In this document: one piece after another, positions 19,875 to 29,599 of the stretch
Numbering within the stretch: the first letter of the stretch is position 1
Layout of the letters: every line of letters starts with the position of its first letter
NCBI GenBank assembly: GCA_963702475.1
Contig: CAVPCT010000007.1
Span: forward strand, 1 to 64,000
Length of the DNA stretch: 64,000 bases
Source: an uncultured Thermoleophilia bacterium
GTDB lineage: Bacteria; Actinomycetota; Thermoleophilia; UBA2241
Reading direction: 5' to 3'
Position numbers and translations under genes: made by a program
The notes under the pieces: model-generated
What the model was told of the DNA's origin: nothing
Seen by the model: the letters and a program-made list of their open reading frames with translations, nothing else
Databases searched by the model: none

Positions 19875-21435
19875 ATGCCTAACGAAGACGGCACGCCCAC
19901 GGTCGAAGAGCTCAAGGCCAAGGCCTATCAGCCCATGGAGGACGCCAAGGTCCTGCACCCGTTCTACCGGGGCAAGATCGAGACCACCCTGAAGTGCTGC
20001 GTCCGCGACTTCCAGGACTTCGGCATCTGGTACACGCCGGGCGTCAGCGCCCCCTGCCTCGAGATCAAGGACGACCCCGAGAAGGTCTACGAGCACACCA
20101 ACAAGGCCAACACGGTGGCCGTGATCAGCGACGGCACGCGCGTGCTCGGCATGGGCGACATCGGACCCAAGGCCGGCATGCCGGTGATGGAGGGCAAGAG
20201 TCTCCTCTACAAGTACCTCGGCGGCGTGGACGGTTTTCCCCTGATGGTGGACACGAAGGACCCGGACAAGTTCATCGAGTTCGTCAAGCTCGTGCAGCCC
20301 GGCCTCGGCGGGGTGAACCTGGAGGACATCGCCCAGCCCAAGTGCTTCCGCATCCTCGACACGCTCCGTGAGGAGTGCGAGATCCCCGTGTGGCACGACG
20401 ACCAGCAGGGCACCGCCTGCGTCACCCTGGCCGGCCTCATCAACGCGCTCAAGGTGGTGGGCCGCGACATCGCCGACGTGAGCATCACCTTCGTCGGTTC
20501 CGGTGCCGCCAACGTGGCCATCAGCCGGCTCATCTTCGCCTACGGCGCCGACCCGGCGAAGTGCCGCGTCGTCGACAGCAAGGGCATCCTCGGCAAGGAC
20601 CGCAGCGACATCGAGGCGGTCAAGGCCGAGTGGGTCGACAAGTGGAAGTACTGCCAGCATCACCAACGCCGAGGGGCGCACCGGGGGCATCGCCGAGGCG
20701 CTCAAGGGCGCGGACGTGTGCATCGCCCTCAGCAAGCAGGGTCCCGACACGATCATGCCGGAGTGGATCAAGGGCATGGCCCCCGACCCGGTGGTCTTCC
20801 TCTGCGCCAACCCCATCCCCGAGATGTGGCCCTGGGACGCCAAGGAGGCCGGTGCGGCCGTCGTGGCCACCGGCCGGTCGGACTTCCCCAATCAGGTCAA
20901 CAACTCCGTCGGCTTCCCCGGCATCTTCCGCGGCACGCTCGATGTGCGCGCCAGGACGATCACCGACGAGATGTGCATGGCGGCGGCGGTCGAGCTCGCC
21001 AAGGTGGCCGAGGACAAGGGCCTGAGCGCCGAGTACATCATGCCGACCATGGACGACTGGGAGGTCTTCCCGCGCGAGGCCGCAGCCGTGGCCATGAAGG
21101 CCATCGAGCAGGGCATCGCGCTGCGCACCGACCTCACGTTCGAGCAGGAGGTCGCCGAGGCGACCGCCATCATCGCGCGGGCCCGCAACCTGGTGAACGA
21201 CCAGATGGCGTTCGGTTACATCCCGATGCCCGAGGGCAGCCGCGCCCCGGCGCCGAGCAAGCAGGCCATGAAAGCGGCCGCCGGCCGCGGCGTCGACCTG
21301 GCCGGCGAGTACGTGGACAAGGCGGTGGACGCCCTCGGGCCGGCCGCCCAGAAGGCCGCCGACGCCATGCAGCAGGCGGCCGACAAGGCGGCCGAAGCCA
21401 TCCGCAGGGCCACCAGGAAGGGCGACGCGCAATGA
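19875..21435 (+). CDS. NAD(P)-dependent malic enzyme (one frameshift near 20655)
   Basis: [36 protein letters not shown]; second frame has [29 protein letters not shown]. Confidence 0.92.
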
Positions 21436-22277
21436 GGGAGCTGGACGTCGCCGCCGTCACGGCGGCGGTGAAGGGCCTCTGCATCACGGCGAACTACGAC
21501 CTGCCGGGCGACGTGTACGACGCGCTCTGCGCGGCCCGCGAGACGGAGCAGAGCCCGGTGGGCCGCGAGGTGCTCGGGCAGTTGGTGGAGAACGCCGACA
21601 TCGCGGCCCGCGACCGGGTGCCGATCTGCCAGGACACCGGCTTCGCGGTGATCTTCGCCGAGATCGGGCAGGACGTGCACCTGGTCGGCGGCGACTTCGC
21701 CGCCGCTGTGGACGAGGGCGTGCGCCAAGGCTACACGGAGGGCTACCTGCGCAAGTCGGTGGCCGAGGAGCCCGGCCACGCGCGGCGCAACACCAGGGAC
21801 AACACGCCGGCCATCCTGCACACCAGCATCGTGCCCGGCGACCGCGTGAAGCTCACGATGATGGCCAAGGGCGGCGGCGCCGAGAACATGAGCTCGCTTG
21901 ACATGCTCAAGCCGGCGCAGGGCTGGGCGGGCATGGTGGACGCCGTGGTCGAGACGGTGAGCAGGGCCGGCTCCAACCCGTGCCCGCCGGTCATCATCGG
22001 CGTCGGCATCGGCGGCACCATCGACGAGGTCACGCTGCTCGCCAAGAAGGCGCTGCTGCGCGATGTCGGCAGCACCCACCCGGACGAGCGCGTCGCCGCC
22101 ATGGAGGACGAACTGCTCGAGAGGATCAACGCGCTCGGCATCGGCCCGCAGGGCCTGGGCGGCACCACCACGGCTCTCGACGTGTTCATCGAGGAGATGC
22201 CGTGCCACATCGCCAGCATGCCGGTGGCCGTGAACGTGCAGTGCCACGCGCAGCGCCACAAGACGGCCGAGCTCTGA
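21432..22277 (+). CDS. Class I (Fe-S) fumarate hydratase / tartrate dehydratase alpha subunit
   Basis: PICQDTG, GYLRKS, KGGGAEN, AGSNPCPP, GIGPQGLGG, PCHIAS, QCHA; ATG overlaps the malic enzyme TGA. Confidence 0.92.
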   Translation: MRELDVAAVTAAVKGLCITANYDLPGDVYDALCAARETEQSPVGREVLGQLVENADIAARDRVPICQDTGFAVIFAEIGQDVHLVGGDFAAAVDEGVRQGYTEGYLRKSVAEEPGHARRNTRDNTPAILHTSIVPGDRVKLTMMAKGGGAENMSSLDMLKPAQGWAGMVDAVVETVSRAGSNPCPPVIIGVGIGGTIDEVTLLAKKALLRDVGSTHPDERVAAMEDELLERINALGIGPQGLGGTTTALDVFIEEMPCHIASMPVAVNVQCHAQRHKTAEL

Positions 22278-22290
22278 GAGGGGAGGAGAG

Positions 22291-22845
22291 ATGGGCAAGA
22301 AGGTCACGACTCCCCTGACGGACGAGGCCGTCAAGGACCTGCGCGCCGGTGACGCCGTGGAGATCACCGGCGTCATCTACCAGGCGCGCGACGCGGCCCA
22401 CAAGCGGCTCGTCGCGCTCATCGAGAGCGGCGAGGAGCTGCCGTTCGAGCTCGAGGGCGCCGTGGTGTACTACATGGGGCCGAGCCCGGCCAAGCCCGGC
22501 CACGTGATCGGCTCGGCCGGGCCCACCACCAGCGGCCGCATGGACGCCTACACGCCGCTGCTGCTGGAGCACGGCCTGAAGGGCATGGTCGGCAAAGGCC
22601 TGCGGACGGCCGAGGTCAAGGCCGCGATGCAGGAGCACCCGGCGGTGTACTTCGCCGCCACCGGAGGTGCCGGCGCCCTGCTGGCCCAGCGCATCGTGGC
22701 CAACGAGGTCATCGCCTGGCCGGAGCTGGGCGCCGAGGCGGTGGCGCGGCTGGAGGTCGTCGACTTCCCCGCCATCGTCGTCAACGACTGCTACGGCGGG
22801 GACCTGTACGAGGAGGGCCGCGCGGAGTACGCGAAGAACGTCTGA
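22291..22845 (+). CDS. Class I fumarate hydratase beta subunit
   Basis: ARDAAHKR, GPTTSGRMD, GKG, ELGAEA. Confidence 0.92.
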   Translation: MGKKVTTPLTDEAVKDLRAGDAVEITGVIYQARDAAHKRLVALIESGEELPFELEGAVVYYMGPSPAKPGHVIGSAGPTTSGRMDAYTPLLLEHGLKGMVGKGLRTAEVKAAMQEHPAVYFAATGGAGALLAQRIVANEVIAWPELGAEAVARLEVVDFPAIVVNDCYGGDLYEEGRAEYAKNV

Positions 22846-23065
22846 GCGGTCGGCCGGGCCGGCGCGCTCGAGAGCGGCCGGCTCCCCACCGACTTGTCAC
22901 CGCCGCGGGTCGATCGTCATCCTTGCAGCGGATTTCGTCACGAGCGAGCATGAGGACATGACCCGTTCGGCGGGACATCGCTCACCCGCCACCAGGACTC
23001 GTCCGCGTGCTGTTGCACAATGCAACCAGCCCGGGTACTCTTCCGACAGAGGAGAGGAGAGACCC

Positions 23066-23329
23066 ATGGCCATCCTGCACGTCCGCGGCGTCCCCGACGA
23101 GCTGCACGAGTTGCTCCGCAAGCGTGCCGCCGCACATCATCGATCGTTGTCCGCGGAAGTGGTCGCGCTGTTGGATCGTGCCACCGGCAGGGACGACACC
23201 GCCGAGCGGTGGCGTGAGGGGCTGGATCGGCTCGAGGCTATCCGCCGGAGGTCGAAGCCGGGGCCCAAGGGCTACGCTGCAGATCTGATTCGCGAGATGC
23301 GTGGTGAAATCGGTCCCCCCGGCCGCTAG
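23066..23329 (+). CDS. FitA/Arc-like ribbon-helix-helix antitoxin
   Basis: MAILHVRGVPDELHELLRKRAAAHHRSLSAEV; GGAG-rich RBS. Confidence 0.85.
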   Translation: MAILHVRGVPDELHELLRKRAAAHHRSLSAEVVALLDRATGRDDTAERWREGLDRLEAIRRRSKPGPKGYAADLIREMRGEIGPPGR

Positions 23330-23753
23330 CGCGGTCGTCGACGCAAGCATTGCGTTGGCCTTCGTCCTCGACGAGAGGGACGAAGTCGAAGCTGCTCGAA
23401 TCAGGACGCTCCTGTCGAGAGCGCCCGGAAGGCCTGTCGTGGCGACTCACTTCGACATGGAGTGCGCCAACGGGCTGGTCAAGGCCGTCAGACGCGGTCG
23501 GATCGCGGTTGATGATGCGTTCGAAGCGCTGCTGGTGCTTCAGGACTTGCCGTTCGAGCACGCCCAGCCAGCGGCAGGCGAGATCGACGCCTTCAGGGTC
23601 GCCATCGAGGGGGAGCTGTCCGCGTACGACGCGGCGTACGTAGCGCTCTCCGATGAGCTCGGCCTGTCGCTCGTGACTGCGGACGCGCGACTCGTGCGCG
23701 CCCTCGCCGGCACGGAGCACGACGTGAGGCTTCTCGACGACCTGGATCTCTGA
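23301..23753 (+). CDS. vapC: VapC-family PIN-domain toxin
   Basis: VVDAS, E-C-A-N, LSAYDAAYVAL, LVTADARL. Confidence 0.88.
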   Translation: MVKSVPPAASAVVDASIALAFVLDERDEVEAARIRTLLSRAPGRPVVATHFDMECANGLVKAVRRGRIAVDDAFEALLVLQDLPFEHAQPAAGEIDAFRVAIEGELSAYDAAYVALSDELGLSLVTADARLVRALAGTEHDVRLLDDLDL

Positions 23754-23895
23754 GCGCCGCTCCGCGGCGCGACTCGCCGGCGCGGGCTCCCGGTGCTGGG
23801 CCCGCGCCGCTTCGGCTCTGACCTGCGAACATCGCCTATGGCGCGGACGGCTTGCCCCGGCCCGACGGATACAATGTACTCATGGGGGAGGAGTC

Positions 23896-24471
23896 ATGAC
23901 CGCCTGGGTGTTCGCCGTCGGCCTCATGTTGGGCCTCGGTAACGTCGTCGGCATCCGTCCGTCGCTGACGCTCGCCATCCTCGGCATCGTCTCGCGTCTG
24001 GGGTGGGGCCCGGGGCTCAACGCCGAGTTCTCGTTCCTGAGCCACTGGCTGGCCATCATCATCTTCGTGGTCCTGGCCATCTTCGAGTCGAGCTTCGACA
24101 AGATCCCCAAGCTCGACCGCTTGCAGGGCCGCCTGACGATGCCGTATCGCGTGGCCGTCGGCGCCATCGCCGGCGCCGCCACCATCCACCTCGGCTGGCA
24201 GGGCATCCTCGCCGGTGTGCTGGTCGGAGGGGCGAGCGCCTGGTTCGCCCAGTTCGTCAAACGTCTCACGCGGCCCCGCACTGTCCCGAGCGACAACGTC
24301 CTCACGCTGCTCAGCACGTGGGAGGACCTCGCGGCGCTCGCCGGCACCCTGCTCACGCTGTTCATCGCGCCGGTCGGGTACGGCATCGCCGCGTTCACGG
24401 GCGGCGTGTGGTGGCGCATGCGCTCGCGGCGGCTGGCCAAGTACCGCGAGCTCGACGGCGGCGGTTCCTGA
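23896..24471 (+). CDS. DUF4126-like membrane protein
   Basis: GIRPSLTL, E..FDKIP.LD, LSTWED; hydrophobic. Confidence 0.7.
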   Translation: MTAWVFAVGLMLGLGNVVGIRPSLTLAILGIVSRLGWGPGLNAEFSFLSHWLAIIIFVVLAIFESSFDKIPKLDRLQGRLTMPYRVAVGAIAGAATIHLGWQGILAGVLVGGASAWFAQFVKRLTRPRTVPSDNVLTLLSTWEDLAALAGTLLTLFIAPVGYGIAAFTGGVWWRMRSRRLAKYRELDGGGS

Positions 24472-24502
24472 TGGCGACGCGCGGCGACACTCGAGGGGAC
24501 GG

Positions 24503-25264
24503 ATGAGCGACGCTTCTTCGGAGATGGGCGTGCGTCGCCAGCGCATGGTCCGGGACCAGATCGTCGCGCGCGGCCTGCGCGACGAGGCGGTGCTCGCCGC
24601 GATGCGCTCGGTGCCGCGTCACCTGTTCGTGCCCGGCTACCTGGAGGACGAGGCGTACGGAGACACCCCGCTGCCCATCGGGTACGGGCAGACCATCTCG
24701 CAGCCCTACATGGTCGCGCTGATGACGGCGCTGCTGAAGGTCGACGTGCGCAGCAAGGTGCTCGAGGTGGGGTCGGGTAGCGGGTACCAGACGGCCGTGC
24801 TCTCAGAGATCGCGGGCCGGGTGTTCGCCGTCGAGCTGCTCGCGCCGCTGGCGGAGGGGGCACGGCGCGTTCTGGCCCGGCTCGGGTACGACAACGCGCG
24901 CACGGCGATCGGCGACGGCACCCGTGGCTGGCGGGAGCAGGCGCCGTTCGACGCCGTTCTCGTCGCCGCGGCCGCGAAGGAAACCCCGCACGAGCTGCTG
25001 GAGCAGCTGGCGGACGGCGGCCGTCTGGTGATCCCCCTCGGCAAACCGCATCGCGATCAAGTGCTCTCGGTGTTCGAGCGACAGGGCGACGCGTGGACGC
25101 AGCGGCGTGACACACCGTGCCGCTTCGTGCCGCTACTACGGGACGGTGAGCCCGAGGTGGTGGCTGGCGGCAGCGTGGCGGCCGGGCCCATCCCGAGTCC
25201 CGGCCGCCGGACCTGGCGCATCGAGCGCCCCGACCCGGGGGCAGGATACGAGGAGGGACCGCAG
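24503..25264 (+). CDS. pcm: Protein-L-isoaspartate O-methyltransferase (no stop before acyP in this sequence; end approximate)
   Basis: VPRHLFVP, PLPIGYGQTISQPY, VLEVGSGSGYQTA, APFD, RFVPL. Confidence 0.88.
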
Positions 25265-25534
25265 GTGAAGTCGGTGTCGGCGCGCGTGAGCGGCCGTGTG
25301 CAAGGCGTGTACTACAGGGCCAGCGCGGCCCGCGAGGGCGAGCGTCTGCGCCTGCAGGGCTGGGTGCGCAACGAGCGCGACGGATCGGTGGTCGTGCGCG
25401 TTCAGGGGCCGGAGGAGGCCGTGGACGCTCTGCTGGCCTGGTGCCGCGTCGGGCCGCCGGCGGCGCACGTGGACCGCGTCGAGGTTGAGGACGTCCCCGC
25501 CGACGAGACCCTGCACGCATTCGAGGTGCGCTAG
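25265..25534 (+). CDS. acyP: Acylphosphatase
   Basis: VSGRVQGVYYR, GWVRNERDGSV, GPPAAHV; GAGGAGG RBS before GTG. Confidence 0.88.
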   Translation: MKSVSARVSGRVQGVYYRASAAREGERLRLQGWVRNERDGSVVVRVQGPEEAVDALLAWCRVGPPAAHVDRVEVEDVPADETLHAFEVR

Positions 25535-26209
25535 ATGGCCGAGGTCCGGGTCGTGACGCTGGAGGACGTGCGTCACGACCACGAGGTCCGGGTCTTCATC
25601 GACAAGGCCGACGAGAAGCTCGGGGTGCTCGGGTACACCGAGCATGGGCCGCGGCACGCGAGCGTCGTGGCGAGCATCGCGCACAAGGTGCTCACCCAGC
25701 TCGGGCGGCCAGAGCGCGAAGCCGAGCTGGCCGCGATCGCCGGCTACCTGCACGACGTGGGCAACGGCATCAACCGGCTTGACCACGGCATCGCCGCGGC
25801 TCTCTTCAGCCGCCATGTGCTCGGGCGTCTGGGCATGCCGGCGGAGGAGTACGCCGAGGTCATGTGCGCCATCGGCAATCACGAGGAGGAGTACGGCGAG
25901 GCGGTGAGCCCATTGGCGGCGGCCGTGATCCTGGGGGACAAGTCCGACGTGCACCGCAGCCGCGTGCGCGTGATCGACCCGGCCACCGGTGATATCCACG
26001 ATCGCGTCAACATGGCCACCACGCTCTCCAACCTGCAGGTGGACGGTGCCGGTCGCACCATCACGCTGGAGCTCGAGATAGACACCGCGATCATCCAGGT
26101 CATGCACTACTTCGAGATCTTCCTGGCGCGCATGGTGATGTGCCGCAGGGCGGCCGCTTTCCTGGGGTGCACGTTCGAGATCGTCATCAACGGCGATCGC
26201 ATCCTGTAG
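25535..26209 (+). CDS. HD-domain phosphohydrolase
   Basis: GYTEHGPRH, LHDVGN, AIGNH, DKSDVHRSRV. Confidence 0.88.
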   Translation: MAEVRVVTLEDVRHDHEVRVFIDKADEKLGVLGYTEHGPRHASVVASIAHKVLTQLGRPEREAELAAIAGYLHDVGNGINRLDHGIAAALFSRHVLGRLGMPAEEYAEVMCAIGNHEEEYGEAVSPLAAAVILGDKSDVHRSRVRVIDPATGDIHDRVNMATTLSNLQVDGAGRTITLELEIDTAIIQVMHYFEIFLARMVMCRRAAAFLGCTFEIVINGDRIL

Positions 26210-26271
26210 GCCGGCTCGCGCGGGGCGCTGTAGACTTGCGCACGGCATGGTGAGCGAGCGGAGGTGTCACG

Positions 26272-26613
26272 GTGGGTGCAGGCAGAGCTGAGAGGCTGGC
26301 GGCGAAAGCCGAGAAGCGGGCGGCACGGCGTGGCCGCCGCGGCGGGTTGCTGCTCGGCATCGCCGCAGGCGTGGCGATAGGGATGCTCGTCGCTCCCAAG
26401 AGCGGCAAGGAGACGCGCGCCGTGCTGTTCGGCGAAGGCGGGCTGGGCGCCCAGGTCGACAGGTTCCGGGGCGCCCTCGGCGCCGGCAAGGACTCCGCCG
26501 CCGACCAGTCCGAGGTCCTGCGGGTGAAGATCGAGGAGACGCGCGAGCGGCTGCGCCGCCAGATGGACCTCGGGGGCGAGGAAGCGACGTCCGGCCCCGC
26601 GGATGCGGGCTGA
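26272..26613 (+). CDS. YtxH-domain protein
   Basis: GLLLGIAAGVAIGMLVAPKSGKETR. Confidence 0.82.
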   Translation: MGAGRAERLAAKAEKRAARRGRRGGLLLGIAAGVAIGMLVAPKSGKETRAVLFGEGGLGAQVDRFRGALGAGKDSAADQSEVLRVKIEETRERLRRQMDLGGEEATSGPADAG

Positions 26614-27490
26614 CGGCCGGCGCACGCTCGACCGTCTGCTCGCGGCGACGGTGGCGCTGGATCTGACCGCCGCCGCCGCTGCCCTGTACATGCTGCACGA
26701 GGCGCAGTGGGTGCGCAGCGTCGACCGTGCTCTGCCGGCGCCGGGAGTCGCCGACGATCTGGACGGCCTCGTCATCGTGCAGCTGTCCGACTTCCACGCG
26801 GGGTTCCGCCCCAGCCTCAACCTGCGCGCCACGCGTAAGGCGGTCGACCTGGCCCTTGCGGCGCACCCCGACCTGGTCGTCCTCACCGGTGACTTCGCAG
26901 GCGGGCCGTACGGCTACGAGGCCCTGCGAGGCCAGCTCCGCCGCCTCACGGCGGCGGCGCCCCTCGGCGTGATCGCCGTGCTGGGCAACCACGACCATGG
27001 GCACAGCAAGGCGCCGTTCGTGCGCGCCACCGACCCGCGCCTCTTCGCGGCCTGCGGCATCCGCCTGCTCGTCAACGAGACGGCGATGGTCACACGCGGC
27101 GGCGGGGTGGTGCAGGTAGCCGGCATCGACGACACCGACGGCGGCCACGACGACCTGCCGGCGGTGCTCGCGAAGCTCGACCGCCGGCCCGGCGTGCTGC
27201 GCCTGCTCCTCACGCACCACGGCAACGCCGTCGTCGGGACCCGGCCCGGGGACTTCCATCAGACCTTCGCCGGCGACACGCACGGCGGCCAGATCTGCCT
27301 GCCGCTGCCGGGCCGCCGCATCCTGCTCAGCAATCTGCGAGCGCGGTACGCCGAGGGCGCCTATGACGTCGGCGGCCGGCCTCTGTACGTCACGCGCGGC
27401 GTCGGCACGAGCCTGCTGCCGTTCCGCGCGTTCTGCCGGCCGGAGGTCGTGGTGTTCCACGTGCTCACCGGCCGGGAGGAGTCGGCGTGA
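26603..27490 (+). CDS. Calcineurin-like metallophosphoesterase
   Basis: SDFH, TGD, GNHD, GDTHGGQ, TRGVG. Confidence 0.88.
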   Translation: MRADGRRTLDRLLAATVALDLTAAAAALYMLHEAQWVRSVDRALPAPGVADDLDGLVIVQLSDFHAGFRPSLNLRATRKAVDLALAAHPDLVVLTGDFAGGPYGYEALRGQLRRLTAAAPLGVIAVLGNHDHGHSKAPFVRATDPRLFAACGIRLLVNETAMVTRGGGVVQVAGIDDTDGGHDDLPAVLAKLDRRPGVLRLLLTHHGNAVVGTRPGDFHQTFAGDTHGGQICLPLPGRRILLSNLRARYAEGAYDVGGRPLYVTRGVGTSLLPFRAFCRPEVVVFHVLTGREESA

Positions 27491-27828
27491 GCGGCCGGCT
27501 GTTCGCGGCGCTCGTCCTCATGCTTCTCGCGGCGGCGGGCGCCGTCCAGCTCGCCGCGTGCGGCGGCACGACGAGCGATCCTTTCGTCGGCTCGTGGTGG
27601 GAGCCCTCGTCCGGCCGGCGCGTGCAGGTGCAGGCCACCGGCGACGGCTACGAGGTGCTCATCGGCTCCAACCTGAAGGCGTCCCCGGCCACGAAGAGCG
27701 GCGCGGAGCTGCGCCTCACGGATCCCGAGCTCGGGCCCGTCGTGCTGAAGATCGCTTCGGACGACACACTCCAGCTCGTCGCCGGCGGAGCGGTGAGCAT
27801 GTTGGAGCGCTCTCCCCAGCACCAGTAG
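27487..27828 (+). CDS. Hypothetical lipoprotein
   Basis: Signal peptide with lipobox LAAC. Confidence 0.7.
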   Translation: MSGRLFAALVLMLLAAAGAVQLAACGGTTSDPFVGSWWEPSSGRRVQVQATGDGYEVLIGSNLKASPATKSGAELRLTDPELGPVVLKIASDDTLQLVAGGAVSMLERSPQHQ

Positions 27829-27880
27829 CCCGGCGCTTCTGCGCCGCGCGGTCTCCGGAGTCCGGCGCGCCGGCCGGGCG

Positions 27881-29086
27881 TCAGAGACGCGGCGCGAAGA
27901 AACGGGCCAGCCGCGGCGCCACGCTGTCGATGGCCGCCGTCGGGCAGACCTCGGTACACGCGTAGCAGCGCACGCAGCGCCTGTCGTCGAACACCGGCAG
28001 CGGCTCCATGGTGATCGCCCCGGCGCCGCAGATCGTGGCGCAATCGCTACAGCGCGTGCACGTGTCGGGGGCCACGAGCACCGGCCGGGCGCTCAGGCGG
28101 TTGCGCGCGAAGCGGGTGAGGCCTGGCGGCACGCGCGAGCTCTCCTGCGTGTCGCGTGCCGCGGGTACGAACCCCACTTCGGCCGCGATGGGGTCGCCGG
28201 CGAGTGTGTACGGCCGGCGCAGGTCGACGGCGCCACGGCGTTCGGCGGCGGCGAGCACCCAGATGGTCCGGCGCTCGAAGCCGACGCGGTCGGCGAGCGC
28301 CGCGTCCAGTGCGACGGCGTCGCGGGCCGCGAACAGCGAGTCCAGGGCCCGCGGCGTCCCGCTCCCCGGGCCTTGCCCCTCCATGGCGATGATGGCATCG
28401 ATGATCGTGAAGCGCGGGCGCACCGCGAGGTGCAGGTCGAGCAGCATGTCGGCGAAATCCTCACGGCGATGAGCACGCACGTGCAGCTGGGCCTTGGTGA
28501 GCCCGGGGATGCAGCCGAAGGTGAGCTTGACGCCGCCGGTGAGGCGCATGAGCTGGTGCGTCTTGAGGACGCCGACCTGGACGATGGCGTCGGCGTCCAG
28601 GAACGCTCTGCCGACGGGGAACGACCTGAACAGGTGTCCGTGCGGGGCGTCGAGCACGACCGCGTCGTCCTCGACGTCGACGATCTGCACGCGCTCGGCC
28701 GTGCACACGTCGGTGAGCCCGCTCACGTGGTACGCACGCGCCACCTTGGCCGCGCCGTTGAGGCCGCCAGGGCTGTCGGCCACGAAGGGGCGCGCGCCGG
28801 CCGCCTTGAGCGCGCGCAGCACGGCGCCCAAGGTCTCGGGGTGCGTGCTCACGGCCCTCTCGGGGGGCGCGCCGCGCAGCAGGTTGATCTTCACGGCTAC
28901 CCGCTCGCCCTCGGAGACGATGCCGCACCAACCTCCGAAGGGCTCGACGAGACGTGCCAGGGATGCGTCGAGCGACGGGCCGTGCGACGCCTTGACGTGG
29001 CACACAGGCGGCGGGCCTGCGGCGGCCGCCCCGCCCGCGCTGCCCGCGGACTGGCCGTCGCGGGCCGGGTCGGACGGGTGGGTCAC
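27881..29086 (-). CDS. DUF362 domain + 2x[4Fe-4S] protein
   Basis: VKINLL, STHP, DSPG, LKTH, MEGQGP.SG; CTRCSDCATICG and CVRCYACTEVCP. Confidence 0.88.
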   Translation of the reverse strand: MTHPSDPARDGQSAGSAGGAAAAGPPPVCHVKASHGPSLDASLARLVEPFGGWCGIVSEGERVAVKINLLRGAPPERAVSTHPETLGAVLRALKAAGARPFVADSPGGLNGAAKVARAYHVSGLTDVCTAERVQIVDVEDDAVVLDAPHGHLFRSFPVGRAFLDADAIVQVGVLKTHQLMRLTGGVKLTFGCIPGLTKAQLHVRAHRREDFADMLLDLHLAVRPRFTIIDAIIAMEGQGPGSGTPRALDSLFAARDAVALDAALADRVGFERRTIWVLAAAERRGAVDLRRPYTLAGDPIAAEVGFVPAARDTQESSRVPPGLTRFARNRLSARPVLVAPDTCTRCSDCATICGAGAITMEPLPVFDDRRCVRCYACTEVCPTAAIDSVAPRLARFFAPRL

Positions 29087-29108
29087 GGCGAGACGGGCGG
29101 CGCGACGG

Positions 29109-29390
29109 CTACTTGACGCAGCGCGCGTACTTGAGGAAGGCCTCGAGCGCCTTCTCCACGGCCTCCGGGGAGGCGGGCGGTTCGCCGTCGGCCTCCTCCG
29201 CGAGGCACTCCCGCATCTTGAGCGAGATGAGCAGCACCCCCACGCGGTCGAGCGCCGCCTTGGTGGCGGCCAGCTGCGTGAAGATCTCCTCGCAGGAGCG
29301 GCCTTCTTCGATCATCCGTTGCAGGCCGCGGGATTGCCCCTCGACCCGGCGCAGCCTGTTGATGAGGCGGCCGGCCTCGTCGCTGTCCAT
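29109..29390 (-). CDS. CsoR/RcnR-family metal-sensing repressor
   Basis: NRLRRVEGQSRGLQRMIEEGRSCEEIFTQLAA; GGAGG RBS. Confidence 0.88.
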   Translation of the reverse strand: MDSDEAGRLINRLRRVEGQSRGLQRMIEEGRSCEEIFTQLAATKAALDRVGVLLISLKMRECLAEEADGEPPASPEAVEKALEAFLKYARCVK

Positions 29391-29410
29391 GAGCTCCTCC
29401 ACAGCCCGAC

Positions 29411-29430
29411 TATACCCCCCGGGGGGATAC
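29411..29430. promoter_or_regulatory. CsoR/RcnR-type operator (C-tract/G-tract pseudo-palindrome)
   Basis: TATACCCCCCGGGGGGATAC about 20 bp upstream of the repressor start; matches the known TAC-Cn-Gn-type operator architecture. Confidence 0.7.
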
Positions 29431-29599
29431 CGGACAATACTGCCGGGGCGCGGGTTGCGCTGCGTGGCAGGACTACCGCAAGTGGCCCTGGTCGTACCGA
29501 CGTGGAAAGGTGGCCTCGGTCCGACCGAGACTGGGTCGGCCGGCACTCGGGTGGGCTTCGGCCCGCGCGGACGAGGGCCCGCTCGCGGGCGGACGGTGC

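Noticed and set aside
19875-22277. Malic enzyme-fumarase 800-aa fusion ORF
   Set aside because: Caused by the frameshift near 20655. The middle of that ORF is out-of-frame sequence and the real malic enzyme C-terminus is in another frame.
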